A stretch of 64,000 nucleotides of DNA from assembly GCA_054600435.1 (NCBI GenBank), contig BAAIJX010000019.1, positions 310,001-374,000 of the forward strand. The letters run 5' to 3'. The notes beneath the pieces were generated by a model. The model was not told where the DNA came from. It searched no databases and was given only the letters and a program-made list of their open reading frames with translations. This DNA is from Neophaeotheca triangularis. Lineage: Eukaryota. Position 1 is the stretch's first letter. The number at the start of each line of letters is the position of its first letter. This document shows positions 1-12,551 of this stretch, piece after piece. The position numbers and the translations under genes are program-made.

Positions 1-549
1 TCCGTCAGGCCCGCGAGTAAGGATGCGAAAGTGAAGCTTCAAAGTAGTGAAGCTGTAACGAGAGGATATCATAGCTGTGTAGCATCCGCCGCGCAACCTG
101 ATGATGCCGTCCTCGCAGATCGTGCTGCACAATTGGTCCTTATGTCAAGGTTGGTGCGTGTCGCGGGGTGACATCTTGAATTTGCAATCATCAATACGTA
201 AGAAAAGGCCGTCCGAAGACTAGGTAGATTCTGCATCGTTCGTTAGTGACGTTTCATATAGTCCTCATGCTTATCTCTTTCGAAGAATCTCGTCCGGCGT
301 TCTCGCGAATTGTCGAGGGTAAAGGAGATAAAGAAAGCTAGAGCCTCAACTTACGATCCTGATGTCTTTAGTTGGGCGATGGCTATCATGCTAACGTGCC
401 GTTTTCGTCTCTCAGGGGAGCCAGAAGGCTTTATGACGGCGACGATGACCTTCTATCATCGACGCACAGCTTTTATCATGCTTCCGGGAGCACTAGCAGA
501 TCACTTTGCTCGGATGCGCCAATATTATCCTGTAGCTTCCTACTCGTGC

Positions 550-888
550 TCAAATGTAGCGAAATATGTTGTTCCTTACGCTCCTCTTGCCCAGCCCAGA
601 GACAGCCTGCCCATCCTCAAACTCAAGTCCTGCTTCGCCACCTTCTCCGGAAAGACCGGACATCTTCTGCTTGAGTTCTTCGTCTGCTTGAGCCATAGAC
701 TTGCGGGGCTCCTTTTTCGGCTTTTCCTCTCCCTCGTTGCTTTCGTTGGCGTGCTGTTGCGGGTTGGCTGTCTTTTGCTCCTCTGTTTTGGAAGCTGCAG
801 TCGAGTCTGTTGCAGCGGTACGAGAGGCTGCCAAGCGCGAGGCTACAACATTCGGTCGCATCACGTTACGAGCAACGGTGGAGGCCAT
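550..888 (-). CDS. Small hypothetical protein (112 aa), possibly mitochondrial
   Basis: ATG-started ORF divergent from CEF1. N-terminus is Arg/Ala/Ser-rich like a presequence. C-terminus GLSGEGGEAGLEFEDGQ...KRSVRNNIFRYI resembles conserved fungal hypothetical proteins (from recall, not searched). Confidence 0.65.
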   Translation of the reverse strand: MASTVARNVMRPNVVASRLAASRTAATDSTAASKTEEQKTANPQQHANESNEGEEKPKKEPRKSMAQADEELKQKMSGLSGEGGEAGLEFEDGQAVSGLGKRSVRNNIFRYI

Positions 889-1128
889 GATAATGAGGTC
901 AGACCTTCGGGTTTGAGATAACCCAAGTAATGGTAGTGAAGAAGTTGTACCTGTTGTACATCAGCAAAGGCGAAGCATTAAGATGTTGAAGCTCTTATCG
1001 CCCAACATCACGTGTTGATAAGAGCCTGGCTTGGCATTAACTTTGTTACCTCGACTTTGAAGGCAAGCAGCTCCCTTCGGTTCAACGCGACGACATTTAA
1101 CTCTCGCACCACTTGAGAGACCACCGAT

Positions 1129-3465
1129 ATGCCCGTCGTCAAAGGAGGAGTCTGGACAAATATCGAGGATGAGATTCTCAAGGCTTCAGTGTCCAAATAC
1201 GGGTTGAACCAATGGGCGCGTGTGTCTTCACTCCTCAACCGCAAAACCGCAAAGCAGTGCAAGGCGCGATGGGCAGAATGGCTGGATCCGGCGATCCGCA
1301 AGATCGAGTGGAGTCGCGAGGAGGACGAGAAGCTGCTTCATTTGGCAAAGCTTATGCCCACGCAATGGCGAACAATTGCTCCCATCGTCGGTCGCACAGC
1401 CACGCAGTGTCTGGAGCGCTATCAAAAGTTGCTTGATGAGGCGGAGGCAAGGGAGAGCAACGAATTTGGTCTTGGAGGTCCAGAGGGCGGCGAGGCAGCT
1501 CCACCAAGCGCCGACGATGTGCGCAAACTCAGGCCGGGCGAGTTGGACCCAGACCCGGAGAGCAAGCCTGCTAGGCCGGATACTGTGGACATGGATGAAG
1601 ACGAGAAGGAGATGCTTTCAGAAGCTCGTGCGAGGTTGGCAAACACACAGGGTAAGAAGGCGAAGAGAAAGGCCCGAGAACGTCAGCTGGAGGAGAGTAG
1701 ACGCCTAGCGGTTTTGCAAAAGCGCAGGGAGCTCAAGAGTGCCGGAATCAACATCAAAGTCACGACGAAGAAGAAGGGTCAGATGGATTACAATGCCGAC
1801 ATTCCATTCGAGAAAGCGCCTGCGCCTGGTTTTCACGATACTCAAGATGAGATGAAGCAGAACGAGCGTGAGCGGGAAATGTTTGATCCGCGCAAGCAGC
1901 AGCTAGCGAACAAGCGCAAGGCCGACGCACAAGACGAAGGCCAGGATAGTAATAAGAAGCAAAAAGGCAACAAGGACAGCGGTGCAGCGGCAGCTGCTGC
2001 CGCTGCGAAGGCCGCTCAAGCTCAGCGTGTTCGCGAGGCCGAGCAGAGCAGCAAACGCCGAGGTCTGGTTCTGCCCGCGCCTCAGGTAAGCGAAAGCGAG
2101 CTTGAAGATATCGTCAAGATGGGCATGTCTGGGGAACGAGCAACTGCGCAAGCTCAGGATGCCGACAATGACACTACTCGTGGCTTGATCAGCAACTACA
2201 ACAGGACCGTGGGTGCTACCCCTATGCGCACGCCCATGGCTGCCAAAGGGGAGGACACCATCGCGAACGAGCTCCGAAATGCGAAAGCAAGAGCGGGAAA
2301 CCAGTCTGTTCTGCTAGGCGGTGAGACTGCTGGCGTTGACGAAGGCTCCAACACCACTGGCTACGGTAGCTTGGCGCCTGGCCAGCAAGCTGTCTCAACA
2401 CCCAATCCGATGGCCACACCTCGTGTTGGCATGGGTGCGACTCCTCAACAAGGCGGCCCCTCTGCGACGCCCATGCGGACGCCTCGCGACAACTTCAAAC
2501 TCAACCAGGACGGATCCATGCAATTAGTCGGACAGACCCCGAAAGAGATGAGAATGCGTGAGATGGCAATGCGCGGCTCATTGCAAGACAAGCTAGCGAG
2601 CCTTCCTAAGGCCAAGCAGGTTGACTACGATCTGGAGCTGCCGGAGGAACGTGAAGAAGCTGGAGGTACCGCTTCTCTCTCGGAAGAAGACGCCGCCGCA
2701 CGCGACAAGCGCCTCGCAGCTCAAGCCCAAGCTCAAGCGATGGCCGATTTCCGCCGCCAATCCCAGGTCGTTCAGAAAGGCCTCCCTAGACCGAAAGTCG
2801 TCGACGCACAAGCCATGCTCAAAGCGGCCGGCGACCTTCCTGACGCCATCGAGCAAAACATCGCAACCGGCATGTCCCGCCTGATGGCCAACGACGGTCT
2901 CAAATTCGGCGGCACGCGCGTGCAAGGCCAAGTTGGCCCCACTGACGATCTGAGCGAAGAGCAAATGAGCAACGCGCGAACAGAGGTGTTGCTGCAACTG
3001 CAAGCTGACTCAAGCGCGGACAACAGCTCCGAAGGCTTCCGTACGGCTTTCGCTTCCGAATGGCAAAAAGCCCACAGGGACCAAATCATACCCGGTCTCG
3101 CCGGCTACGCTGAAGACGAAGCCGACGAGCAACAGATTCTCGTCTCCGCTTTCGACAGAGTGCAAGACGACATCTCGGCGTTGTCAGAGAAGGGTGAGAA
3201 GCTGCAGAAGAAGCTTATGGTGCACCATGGGGGCTACATGAACCGGCAGAAGGTTTTGGCGGGGAAATTGGGCGAGGCTTGGACGTTTTTGAGAGATGTG
3301 GAGAGGGAGTCTCAGACTACGAGGTATGTTCAGATGCTCGAGAGGGCCGCAGTGGGGGAGCGGTTGGAGAAGCTGAGGGAGCAGGTTGCGCTCGTCAGTC
3401 GGAGGGAGAGGGAGGCGCAGGAGGTATTCAGGCTGAGGAAACAGGAGCTGGAGAGGCTGGGTTGA
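1129..3465 (+). CDS. CEF1: Pre-mRNA splicing factor Cef1/Cdc5 (Myb-repeat NTC component)
   Basis: N-terminus MPVVKGGVWTNIEDEILKASVSKYGLNQWARVSSLL plus a second Myb repeat. Contains EMLSEARARLANTQGKKAKRKARE. Intronless, 778 aa. Confidence 0.97.
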   Translation: MPVVKGGVWTNIEDEILKASVSKYGLNQWARVSSLLNRKTAKQCKARWAEWLDPAIRKIEWSREEDEKLLHLAKLMPTQWRTIAPIVGRTATQCLERYQKLLDEAEARESNEFGLGGPEGGEAAPPSADDVRKLRPGELDPDPESKPARPDTVDMDEDEKEMLSEARARLANTQGKKAKRKARERQLEESRRLAVLQKRRELKSAGINIKVTTKKKGQMDYNADIPFEKAPAPGFHDTQDEMKQNEREREMFDPRKQQLANKRKADAQDEGQDSNKKQKGNKDSGAAAAAAAAKAAQAQRVREAEQSSKRRGLVLPAPQVSESELEDIVKMGMSGERATAQAQDADNDTTRGLISNYNRTVGATPMRTPMAAKGEDTIANELRNAKARAGNQSVLLGGETAGVDEGSNTTGYGSLAPGQQAVSTPNPMATPRVGMGATPQQGGPSATPMRTPRDNFKLNQDGSMQLVGQTPKEMRMREMAMRGSLQDKLASLPKAKQVDYDLELPEEREEAGGTASLSEEDAAARDKRLAAQAQAQAMADFRRQSQVVQKGLPRPKVVDAQAMLKAAGDLPDAIEQNIATGMSRLMANDGLKFGGTRVQGQVGPTDDLSEEQMSNARTEVLLQLQADSSADNSSEGFRTAFASEWQKAHRDQIIPGLAGYAEDEADEQQILVSAFDRVQDDISALSEKGEKLQKKLMVHHGGYMNRQKVLAGKLGEAWTFLRDVERESQTTRYVQMLERAAVGERLEKLREQVALVSRREREAQEVFRLRKQELERLG

Positions 3466-4133
3466 ATTGCGTGAAGACTTGGGGAGCATGGGTCGAGGTT
3501 TAGGAGGGCCTCTTGCCATGGGCGCAACGAGCAAAAACGAATGTACATTTGAGACGGGTAGAATGCTGGCACCAGCGCCAACAGTTCGAGCGAATCGCCG
3601 TGGTACGCAAGCAATTCAGATAGGCATACCACAGCTGAATCGTTGCTTCAAAAGCTTTAGCGACCAACATTTCAATGTTCCAGCCGTAAGCAGCAGAGAT
3701 GGCGGAATTGCCAGTTCAGTCTGCCGATGCAGGTGGGAGTTTCGACGGCTCGACGGCCCGCGAGACCGGCCATCGCAATTTCCTCTTTGAGACTTGCCGC
3801 CGCCCCCGCCGCCCTTTGCCCAGACGTCCTCTCTGTTCCCCACGGATGCCCCAACATTCGAACTTTAGTTAATAGCTGCACTTTGCCCAGCTGTGAAGAA
3901 CAAAATGTAGGTGATAGTCCGAGTCTTGCTTTCCTGTCCATCTCTTCTTCTACTCTACCTTTCCTCATGGCGTTCTCGGTGTGAATCCGACGTTCGGTAT
4001 ATTGTTTATAAGAGCCAGACCGTTGTTGTTCGCCACCGACCGAGAGATCTACCACACATATCCCACTGAGGCAACGTAACTACCGCTCGACTCGAGTTGA
4101 TCAATTACTGAATCCCAGCGAAATACCGCCGAC

Positions 4134-5636
4134 ATGGGCCGCAACAGTACCTCCTCGACGGCAGTAGTCGAGCCCATGGAACTACAAACCCCGCCCGCCT
4201 CCAAACAAACTGCACCCCAACTCTCCACTTCCGGCTCTCGCACGCGCTCAACAGGGGGCCGCAGCCTCGCCAGCACTACAGACAGCCAGCATGAACGGCG
4301 AGAGCAAAACCCAACCGACCGCAACGAAACCCTCCCCTCGCCCACCACAGCCCCAGAAGAAGCGCAGGAAACCTGGAAGACGCCAAAAATAAATCTCTAC
4401 CGTGTGCCCGCCACCTTCTGGGCCTTTGTGATCATGGGCATGAACGACGCTACCTACGGCGCCATCATCCCGTACCTCGAAGACTACTACAACCTCTCTT
4501 ACATCGTCGTGTCCCTCATCTTCCTTTCGCCCTTCGTCGGCTACAACCTCTCGGCCTTGCTCAACAACTATGTTCACCTCAAACTCGGCCAACGAGGTGT
4601 CGCTTTCATCGGCCCTTTCTGCCACGTAATTGCTTACCTGATCATCGCCCTGCACCCGCCTTACCCTGTTCTAGTCATCTCTTTCATGCTTGCTGGCTTC
4701 GGCAATGGGATCGAGGACGCTGGCTGGAATGCTTGGATCGGCGTGATGCAGAACGCCAACGAGATGCTGGGTTTTCTGCACGCCTTCTACGGCGCGGGAG
4801 CCACGGTGGCGCCGCTCATTGCGACTACGATGATCACGCAGGGTGGCCTGCAGTGGTATACTTGGTATTACTGCATGGTGGGCTTTGCATGCATTGAGCT
4901 CGCAACAAGCTTGCACGCTTTCTGGGGAGCTACGGGAGCCGTGTACCGTGAAGCCAACCCTCGGACGAGCGATGGTAATGGGAGCAGACTGCGGGAAGCT
5001 TGTCTCAAATTGCCCGCGGCACGCACTACATGGCTAGCTTCGCTGTTTCTGCTTGGGTACGTGGGAATTGAAGTCGCATTGGGGGGCTGGATCGTGCAGT
5101 TCATGATTCAAGTCCGCGACGGCGAGCCCTTTGCCAGCGGTATGGCGGCAACAGGTTTCTGGTTGGGCATTACAGTCGGAAGGATTGTGCTGGGATTCGT
5201 TACGCCAAGGATTGGCGAGAAATTGGCCATTTGCGTAAGTCCCACTGCACCCAACACTACTTATCAACGCCCGCTGACATTGATCCAACAACAGATCTAC
5301 CTACCCATTGCCATAGCCCTCCAGCTAATCTTCTGGCTGGTGCCGCAATTCTACGTCTCCGCCGTCGCCGTCGCCTTGCAGGGCTTCGTCCTTGGACCCC
5401 TCTTTCCCGCCGCCGTAGTCGCCGTCACCAGGATTCTGCCAAAGCATCTCCACGTCAGCAGTATCGGTTTTGCGGCGGCTTTTGGTGGAAGCGGTGGCGC
5501 GATTTTCCCTTTTGCCGTGGGCGCGATTGCGCAGGCGAGGGGCGTGCAGGTTTTGCAGCCGATTATTCTGGCGCTGCTTTGTGTTATTACGGGGCTTTGG
5601 TTGGGTTTGCCTAGGTTGGGAAAGAAGAGGGAATAG
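4134..5636 (+). CDS. MFS transporter (BSC6/fucose-permease-like)
   Basis: About 12 hydrophobic segments and a GMNDATYGAIIPYLE motif. Exons 4134-5234 and 5295-5636. Intron 5235-5294 (GTAAGT..CTGAC..CAG, 60 nt, in frame). Confidence 0.88.
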   Translation: MGRNSTSSTAVVEPMELQTPPASKQTAPQLSTSGSRTRSTGGRSLASTTDSQHERREQNPTDRNETLPSPTTAPEEAQETWKTPKINLYRVPATFWAFVIMGMNDATYGAIIPYLEDYYNLSYIVVSLIFLSPFVGYNLSALLNNYVHLKLGQRGVAFIGPFCHVIAYLIIALHPPYPVLVISFMLAGFGNGIEDAGWNAWIGVMQNANEMLGFLHAFYGAGATVAPLIATTMITQGGLQWYTWYYCMVGFACIELATSLHAFWGATGAVYREANPRTSDGNGSRLREACLKLPAARTTWLASLFLLGYVGIEVALGGWIVQFMIQVRDGEPFASGMAATGFWLGITVGRIVLGFVTPRIGEKLAICVSPTAPNTTYQRPLTLIQQQIYLPIAIALQLIFWLVPQFYVSAVAVALQGFVLGPLFPAAVVAVTRILPKHLHVSSIGFAAAFGGSGGAIFPFAVGAIAQARGVQVLQPIILALLCVITGLWLGLPRLGKKRE

Positions 5637-6176
5637 TTATGGGAAGAAAGAAGGGGAAAGCAGGAAGCAGGTGTGTTTGCCACTGATGGTTTGCTACGGT
5701 GCTCTGTACAGCGATGCGTTTGATTATATATATGTATGCCTTAGGCACGAGGAAACGACATAATTAAACCCCGTCTATACCCGATCTGTAACGGAGCGTA
5801 GATTGCTCGACGTCATTGGCGTGTCTGTAGTGCAAGCCACGTGCGGGACATTGTCTAGGCGAAAGCATACGGCTATCATGTACTCAAGTAGCCTTTAAGC
5901 GACAACTCTACCTTATATCTCAGGACACATTGGCCGGTAGCAAGTGTACCTGGTCTGCTCTTCGCGTCGCAACCTCACTTCGACCACTCAACTCACTTCT
6001 CCATTTCCCCGCTATTTCCTTCTAGCACCACCATTCCCCGAGTTGCATACCGCTGCAGCCAAACTACCAAACACGCCGAGGCTTGATAGCTGCGCTTGTG
6101 TGACCGCATGCTGTCTTGAACGCGGTGAGGGTGACGCGATAACTGCTAGGCTCGCCCAGGGTCGCGCCAACCAGCC

Positions 6177-9100
6177 ATGGCACGCAAGGCGAAGCAGAGG
6201 ATAAGCTACGGTACGTCCTTGAGCTCATGCAGAATTACGACCCATAGCTCCCTACTGACCACCCTTGCTATTCCCCAGTCCTACCCCTGGCGAACGAAAC
6301 TCACGGCCACCGCCTCGGCGTCAATGGCCTAGCCGTCGACGAAAACAGCAGCATCCTCTACTCAGGCGGCCGCGACGGCGTCATCTGCGCCTGGGACCTC
6401 CACCTCGACCTCCAGAACAACCCCTTCACCCAAGACGAGAACCTCATAGACGCCAACCCCCCTCCTCCGCCCGCCACAACCTGTCGTCGTCAAGTCCAAG
6501 CTCACACCCACTGGATCAACGACATTGCTCTCGCGCACTCAAACCGCGCTCTCGTTTCTGCGAGTTCCGATATCACCGTTAAAGTCTGGCGGCCTGCTGC
6601 CGAAGACCGTTTACCCCCGCAGTCCATAGGCTTACATAGTGATTATGTCAAGACGCTTGCCGTGCCGACTGCGCACTCCGATTGGGTTGCCAGCGGTGGG
6701 CTGGATAGGCGCATTTGTCTCTGGGATCTAAATGGTGGAGGGCAGAAACTCAGCATCGATGTCTCCGAGGACGAGGCGGGGAGTATGCAGAATAAGGACA
6801 AGGGGAGTGTGTACGCGCTCGCGGCTACGAATTCTGTTTTGGCAAACGGCGGGCCTGAGAGCACGGTTCGGTTGTGGGACACGAAGAGCGGGAAGCGCAT
6901 TACCAAGCTCGTAGGACATACGGACAACATCAGGGACGTGTTGGTCAGTGAGGACGGACATACGATTATGACTGCGAGCTCCGATCGGACCGTCAAGGTG
7001 TGGAGTGTCACGGCTGGACGTTGCATGTACACGCTTACGATGCATGATTCGAGCGTCTGGAGTTTGTTTTCTACCGACCCGCAGCTCTCGATCTTTTACT
7101 CGACTGATCGGCAGGGGCTCGTGGCTAAAACTGATACGAGAGGGACGGTGGAGCTGGATGAGGGGTTGTCTGTTGCGGTTTGTCAGGAGCACGAGGGCGT
7201 TCATAGTATGATCGCTTCTGGGGGCAATATCTGGACCGCGACGAGCAGACCGAGTATCAATCGCTGGGCAGATGTCAATACCGAGGACGCTGAAATTGAG
7301 CTGCCGGAGAATTACAAGATGCACCGGGCCAGCATCTCGACTGCTAGCAAGGCTAGGATTCCGAGTCCGCCTCCGCCACGGGGATCCACCAGTTCGCCGC
7401 CGCCTACCGGAATCAATGGCGAGAAGTCGAGGAAGATCCCGTTGAAGCACATGTTGCGGCTGAGCAATACTGCTTACTTTCCAACGCCAATCATGTCGCC
7501 AGACGCAGATTCCTCCACGAGCCCCGAGCTGGTCGTCTCGCAGCCAGTGCATTCAACACCGGTACACGCGATCGAGGGCCAGAACGGGTTGATCAAGCAC
7601 GTCATGCTCAACGACCGTAAGCGCATCCTAACCACGGACACTGCCGGCGAGGTCATGATGTGGGATCTGCTCAAGTGCGTGCCCATCAAGTCCTTTGGCA
7701 AACGCCATCTCGAGGATGTCAAAGATGAGGTGACGACTGCGGCTACGGTTGCCAATTGGTGCTCTGTCGACACGCGGACGGGCAGCGTGACAGTAGTCTT
7801 GGATGATAATACGGCTTTCGACGCCGAAATGTATGTGGATGAGCTGGACCTGGACGATGATATCGAGTTCAGGGAGGATCAACGCATCAATCTCGGAAAG
7901 TGGGTGCTGAGGTACTTGTTTTCGAACTTGATCACCGAGCAGATCAGGCGTGATCAGGTGTTTAGGAGGGAGCTGTTGAAGAAGAAGGAAGAGCAGCAGA
8001 GATTACAGCGCGAGAATGCCCCCACGAGTATTCAACTTCCTGGCGCTGGGACAAATGGGTGGAACGAAGCTGCTTCTGGTCCCCCTTCGGCCAACACTGT
8101 TCGACAGGGCCCTTGGAGCAACGGCGGCAAACCGACGACTCCGGGACTGGCTATCGGGTTGGCGACACCCAACGTTTCCACCTTCAGCTCGCCTGTAAGA
8201 ACATCGGCCGGAGCCAACGCTCTCTCTTCGACAGCCGAAGAAGGCGCTCCTCTCGAAAAACGAGTCTCCCAGCAGTCATCGCTCCCGTCCGGCCAACCGC
8301 GCCCCTCCACCGACCGCAACAGCGACTATTTCTCCGCCAACCGCAATCCTATAAACGACTCAAAATCCCCCGCAACCCCCAGCGAAGCCGATGGCGCGAC
8401 CACCCCCAGCGGTGGAGACGCTTCCGAAACCAAAGAAACCCCATCCAAATTCGGCAAAAAGTTCCGCATGAACATGTCTTTCAAAAACATGTCCAAATCC
8501 CTCAGCCGCACGTCCGACTCCACCAGCAAAGACACCACCTCCAACCCCAAGCCAGCCGCTGTGGAAGAAACAAAAGAAGAAGCCGAATCCGACTCCCACA
8601 GCACGCAAACCTCCAATTCGCGCAGCACCGAAGACAACCTCCTAGGCGTGGTGCAAAAACTCCGCTTCGCCTACGAAGACTCTCTGCAGGCTCAACTCCA
8701 AAACTCGCAAGCTTTCGACAACGGCCTGCCCGTCCCAGAACCCGGACCCATTGACATCCCTTCCTCCATCAATCCCTCCCTTCCCGCCGAAACCCCCGTT
8801 CTCAAACCCCCGCTTCACACGACAATCCTGATCCAAGAGGACCGCCCGGAAGCCGGCGGCGTCGCAGATCTCTTCGAAGGCACTGTGGGCGCTTTGGGCT
8901 TGCCCGAAACCACCGACCGCGTGGAGAAGGTTGCTCCAGCTTGGTTGGGAGAGGTCTTGCTCCGAAACCAAGTCCCCGCGAAGGACATTGTTAAGATCTC
9001 TTTCGTTCTCGAGCCCATGGCAGGTAGTGGGCTGCCGAGCATTGCGGCTGATGGCAATAACCGCCTCAATGCTAATCGTATGTTGAGGGCGAGGAAGATT

Positions 9101-9617
9101 CTAGGCTATGTGGCTGAGAGGGTGGAGCCGGGGTACACGGATGAGGTTCGCGAGAGGGATAGAGCGGAGGGCAAGGAGGTGTTGAGGGTTGAAGAATACT
9201 TGGAACTGTGGTGCCAAGGGCAGGTGAGTTGACATCCATCCCCTCTTCTTTTTATCCTCAGGCGGAACATACAGGATTGCTAACTTCTCGGTATCACACC
9301 AGGTCGTGCCCCCGACGATGACTCTCGCGACCATGCGCGCGCACCTCTGGCGCGGCGGCGGCGATATCGTTCTCTACTACAAGCCTACCGGGCGGCGCGA
9401 ACTCAGTATGCGGGCGCCGCCACCGCCTCCCCCACAAGCGCCAGCGGGCCCTCAGGTCCAGCCTCTTAACCCCTTGACCGCTACCTCTTCCGGCCCGAGC
9501 ACTGGGCCCGGCATGAATGCCGCCGAAGCCCGCATCGCCGGCATGCAGGGCGATGGCAACAGCAACAACTCTGGTACAGTAGAGCAGCAGCAGCAGCAGC
9601 CGCCGCAAGCGCAATAA
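6177..9617 (+). CDS. WD40-repeat protein, WDR48/UAF1 (Duf1/Bun107)-like deubiquitinase cofactor
   Basis: Exons 6177-6210, 6279-9223 and 9303-9617. Introns are GTACGT..CTGAC..CAG and GTGAGT..CTAAC..CAG. The spliced product reads [32 protein letters not shown], then WD repeats ([15 protein letters not shown]), [27 protein letters not shown] and a [25 protein letters not shown]-domain. Confidence 0.9.
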
Positions 9618-12551
9618 CACCGACTAGCCAGCTAGCTAGCTACCCCACTACTGCAGAATTCTAGCCGAGCAACAAATCATAGCTAACACTCTCTGTTCAC
9701 CCGGCTAGCCGACGAAATAACTCCTTGCATCCAACAAAACCGCGCCCTCCTCTACGTCCCAGCGGGTCTGGATCCCCGCTGGGGCGTCGAGCCCCCCGTT
9801 TCCGCGGCGAGGCGCGTGAGTTTCGCCCCTGGCACCGCTCCCGCTCCCGCTCCTTCCTCCGGGGGTGGGAGTCGTCGCCGCCGCGGCAGAAGTGCTGACG
9901 CGGGTGACGGCTGGGATCTGGGGATCCGGGCGGGCTTGGGGTTGGGGTTGGGGGTGGATGGGGGGTTTTGGGGGGACGGGGAGGAGTGGGAGTTGTATCG
10001 ACGGAGGGAGGGGGAGAGGAAGGAGAGGAAGGCCCAGGGGGAGGCTGGGGAGGGGGAGGGGAAGAGGGGTCTGTGGCGGAGGGTGCGTGGGTGGAGGGGT
10101 TGGGGGTCTTAGTACGTCAGTAGATGATGTATTGAGAGAGTTCCGGTGTCCCTGGCTAGATTTGAGGGGGTTCAAACGACGTTGTGTAGGTCTCATGGCT
10201 AGTCGGGTTTGCTTTATGCTGCTGGCGGGATTGGCGCTGGGGACGGTGAGGTAAGGCGCCAGGACGAGTTGTGTTGGCCTGCTTGACAGAGGGCTGTTTG
10301 CTGGATAGGTGGGGTTTCGATTCTTCAGGTCTCTCGGTGCCCTCTCCTGGCGGTCTTTGTCCATTGCTCCGGGGATAAGTTACTCTGGTTCCTGGCCTCT
10401 CAGGAATCATGAAGTATCTCCCTGCGCTCATGAGCGTTGCTTCCCTCAGGGCGTCGATACGCCTGGGATGTAGGAGATGGAAATTACCAAAGGTGATATC
10501 TTTCGTTTCCCAACAAGACTGTTGCGGATATGGCCGGCTATCGCTCTTTGCTTTCCAAACAGATCAATCAGCTCCCAATTTCTCTCCCGAAGATCAAAAC
10601 GCAATTCCGAGCTGCATACACGACGCAGCACTCGCCAAGTGAGCAACGATCAGGCCCCTCACCCCTTAACCGCGGCAGGCATCACAACGGCCCAGATGTC
10701 AAAAAATCTCATCGAAACATGGGCTGTCCCGGCTGGCAGGTATATAACTTCCTCTAGGAAGCCAACTCTTGTTCGCAACAACGGGCCTTTAGAGGAGCTA
10801 ATGTATGGCGATCTCCGTGCCCCAGCCGTGCTCTAACCGGTCTGTTCTTCCAGCACGAGGAAGACTCGGGTCAAGTGGTGGCTAGGAAGGCGATTAGGTC
10901 TGCCGGGAGATGAGATTGATATCCAATCGGAGCGGGATGGCGAGACCCTGGTGGGTTGGGTTGGTTTTCCGGTAAGGCAATGCTCTTGTTCTGTATCTTG
11001 AAGGGTCAGGTGTGCGGCTCGTTGCTGATCGAGGTTCTAGCTCGCTGGGCTAGACGATAGAGGCGCCGGGGACTGTGTGGTTTTCGTCGATTTCTAGGAC
11101 TGTTTCTTCCCCGGTGAATGCGAAATGGATTGACATGGTTGCTGTTACAGGAGCCTCGGTCTGTGGGGAATCGTTACCTCTTTCACTGCTCGAGTAGGCT
11201 GTTTCATCGGCTGACTAGCTGGCTCGCTGGGATCGGCGCCGTGGTCTTCGTTAGGCGGGCCAACAACCTTGGAGAGCAAGACGAAACCGTTTGCAAGCAC
11301 AAGCGAACGAACCAGAGCCAGGGCAACGCTATTCAAGGGACAGACGCCATGATTAGAACTCAGGGGAAGCACCATCGGAGAAGACGAGGAGAATATTGCT
11401 GCGGAAGAGAGCACCATTGAAGACAACGAGCAGGCGATCGAAAGACTCCAATCGGAGTATGCGCGTAACCGTCGTCGTACCAAAGTTTCCAGCGTTTCCG
11501 CTCCCATTTGCCGCGGGAAAGGGGAGGCCAAGACGTATTCTTCTTTCTTAGTGAGTTCGCTCCGGTTTCGTCGTCGCAGCGAAGTACCACCTCCCAGCCT
11601 TCTCACCCACGCACACGCAACAGCGTCGATTTTTCTAGCTGCTCGACCCCCCAACCCCCCTTCCTCCAAAAAAAAAAAAAAAAAAAGTAACTTGCCCGCC
11701 GCAGTGCTCGATTCGCTGCCCCCGTAGTCCAACGAGGACTCTAGTTCAGTCAGAGTGGTAATCAGTTCTCTCAGCTGCGAAAGACCACTTCGACACAACA
11801 AAATCCATCTCATTCCAACTACGCCGTTCTCTGTCCAGGTGGATTCCAGTTTCCAGGTTTCTAGTCTCTCAATTCCTAGTTCCACCAAGTCAAAACCAGA
11901 CAAATGTCCAACAAAGCCCCGATAACTACTTTACAAAAAGCAAAACGTGTCCTTTTCCCCCTAAAATTTCTTCTTCTTCTCGCAGAGTAACGGGGCGGCG
12001 CGACACTGCTAAAAGCCAAACCGGGAGCGGCGCGAGCGGAACGAGGGAGGGGGTGGGGAGGTTCGGTGTAGAGTTGTCGTTTATGGGAAGGTGGCTGCGG
12101 GTTATGGGATTGCTGGTGGAAGAAGCGCCGGGGAGAGTCGCGCTGGGTGTTGGGTTTCGGCCAAAGGGGCGCTCGCGGCGGATTGAGCTGGCGGGTCCTC
12201 GGGGGATGATGGGGGTTGGTCGCCAGTGCGTATACTGGTGCAGGGTGGCGGGCTCTGGATGCGAGACAGCGTCGTTCCTTGGCGAGGAGCTGGGAGCAGC
12301 GAGCTTGGCGATGAGCATGGTGAAGTGAAAGATCTATCTGCCTACCTCCCTACCTACCTACCTACTCATCTGTCTGGCATAGGTCGAATGAGGAGGTTGA
12401 GTGCAGATGTCGGAATTCGCGAAGATCTAGTTGGAACTTTTCGGATTACAGACGATTAGACTAGGAGTTGAACATAGAACCACCCGAGCACTGGACAAGC
12501 AAGCAAGCAATCCTTACCTCTTCTCCTCTATCTGCTCCCTCCTCACCAACC

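Noticed and set aside
9705..10364. 219-aa Pro-rich - strand ORF
   Set aside because: Low-complexity complement of the G-rich + strand; better explained by the alternative WDR48 exon.
12341..12365. (CCTA)n/TACC-rich intergenic motifs, also near 14604-14662, 30360, 35210, 41780 and 45655
   Set aside because: Recurrent simple-sequence words with no consistent spacing or orientation, so no specific regulatory site can be supported.
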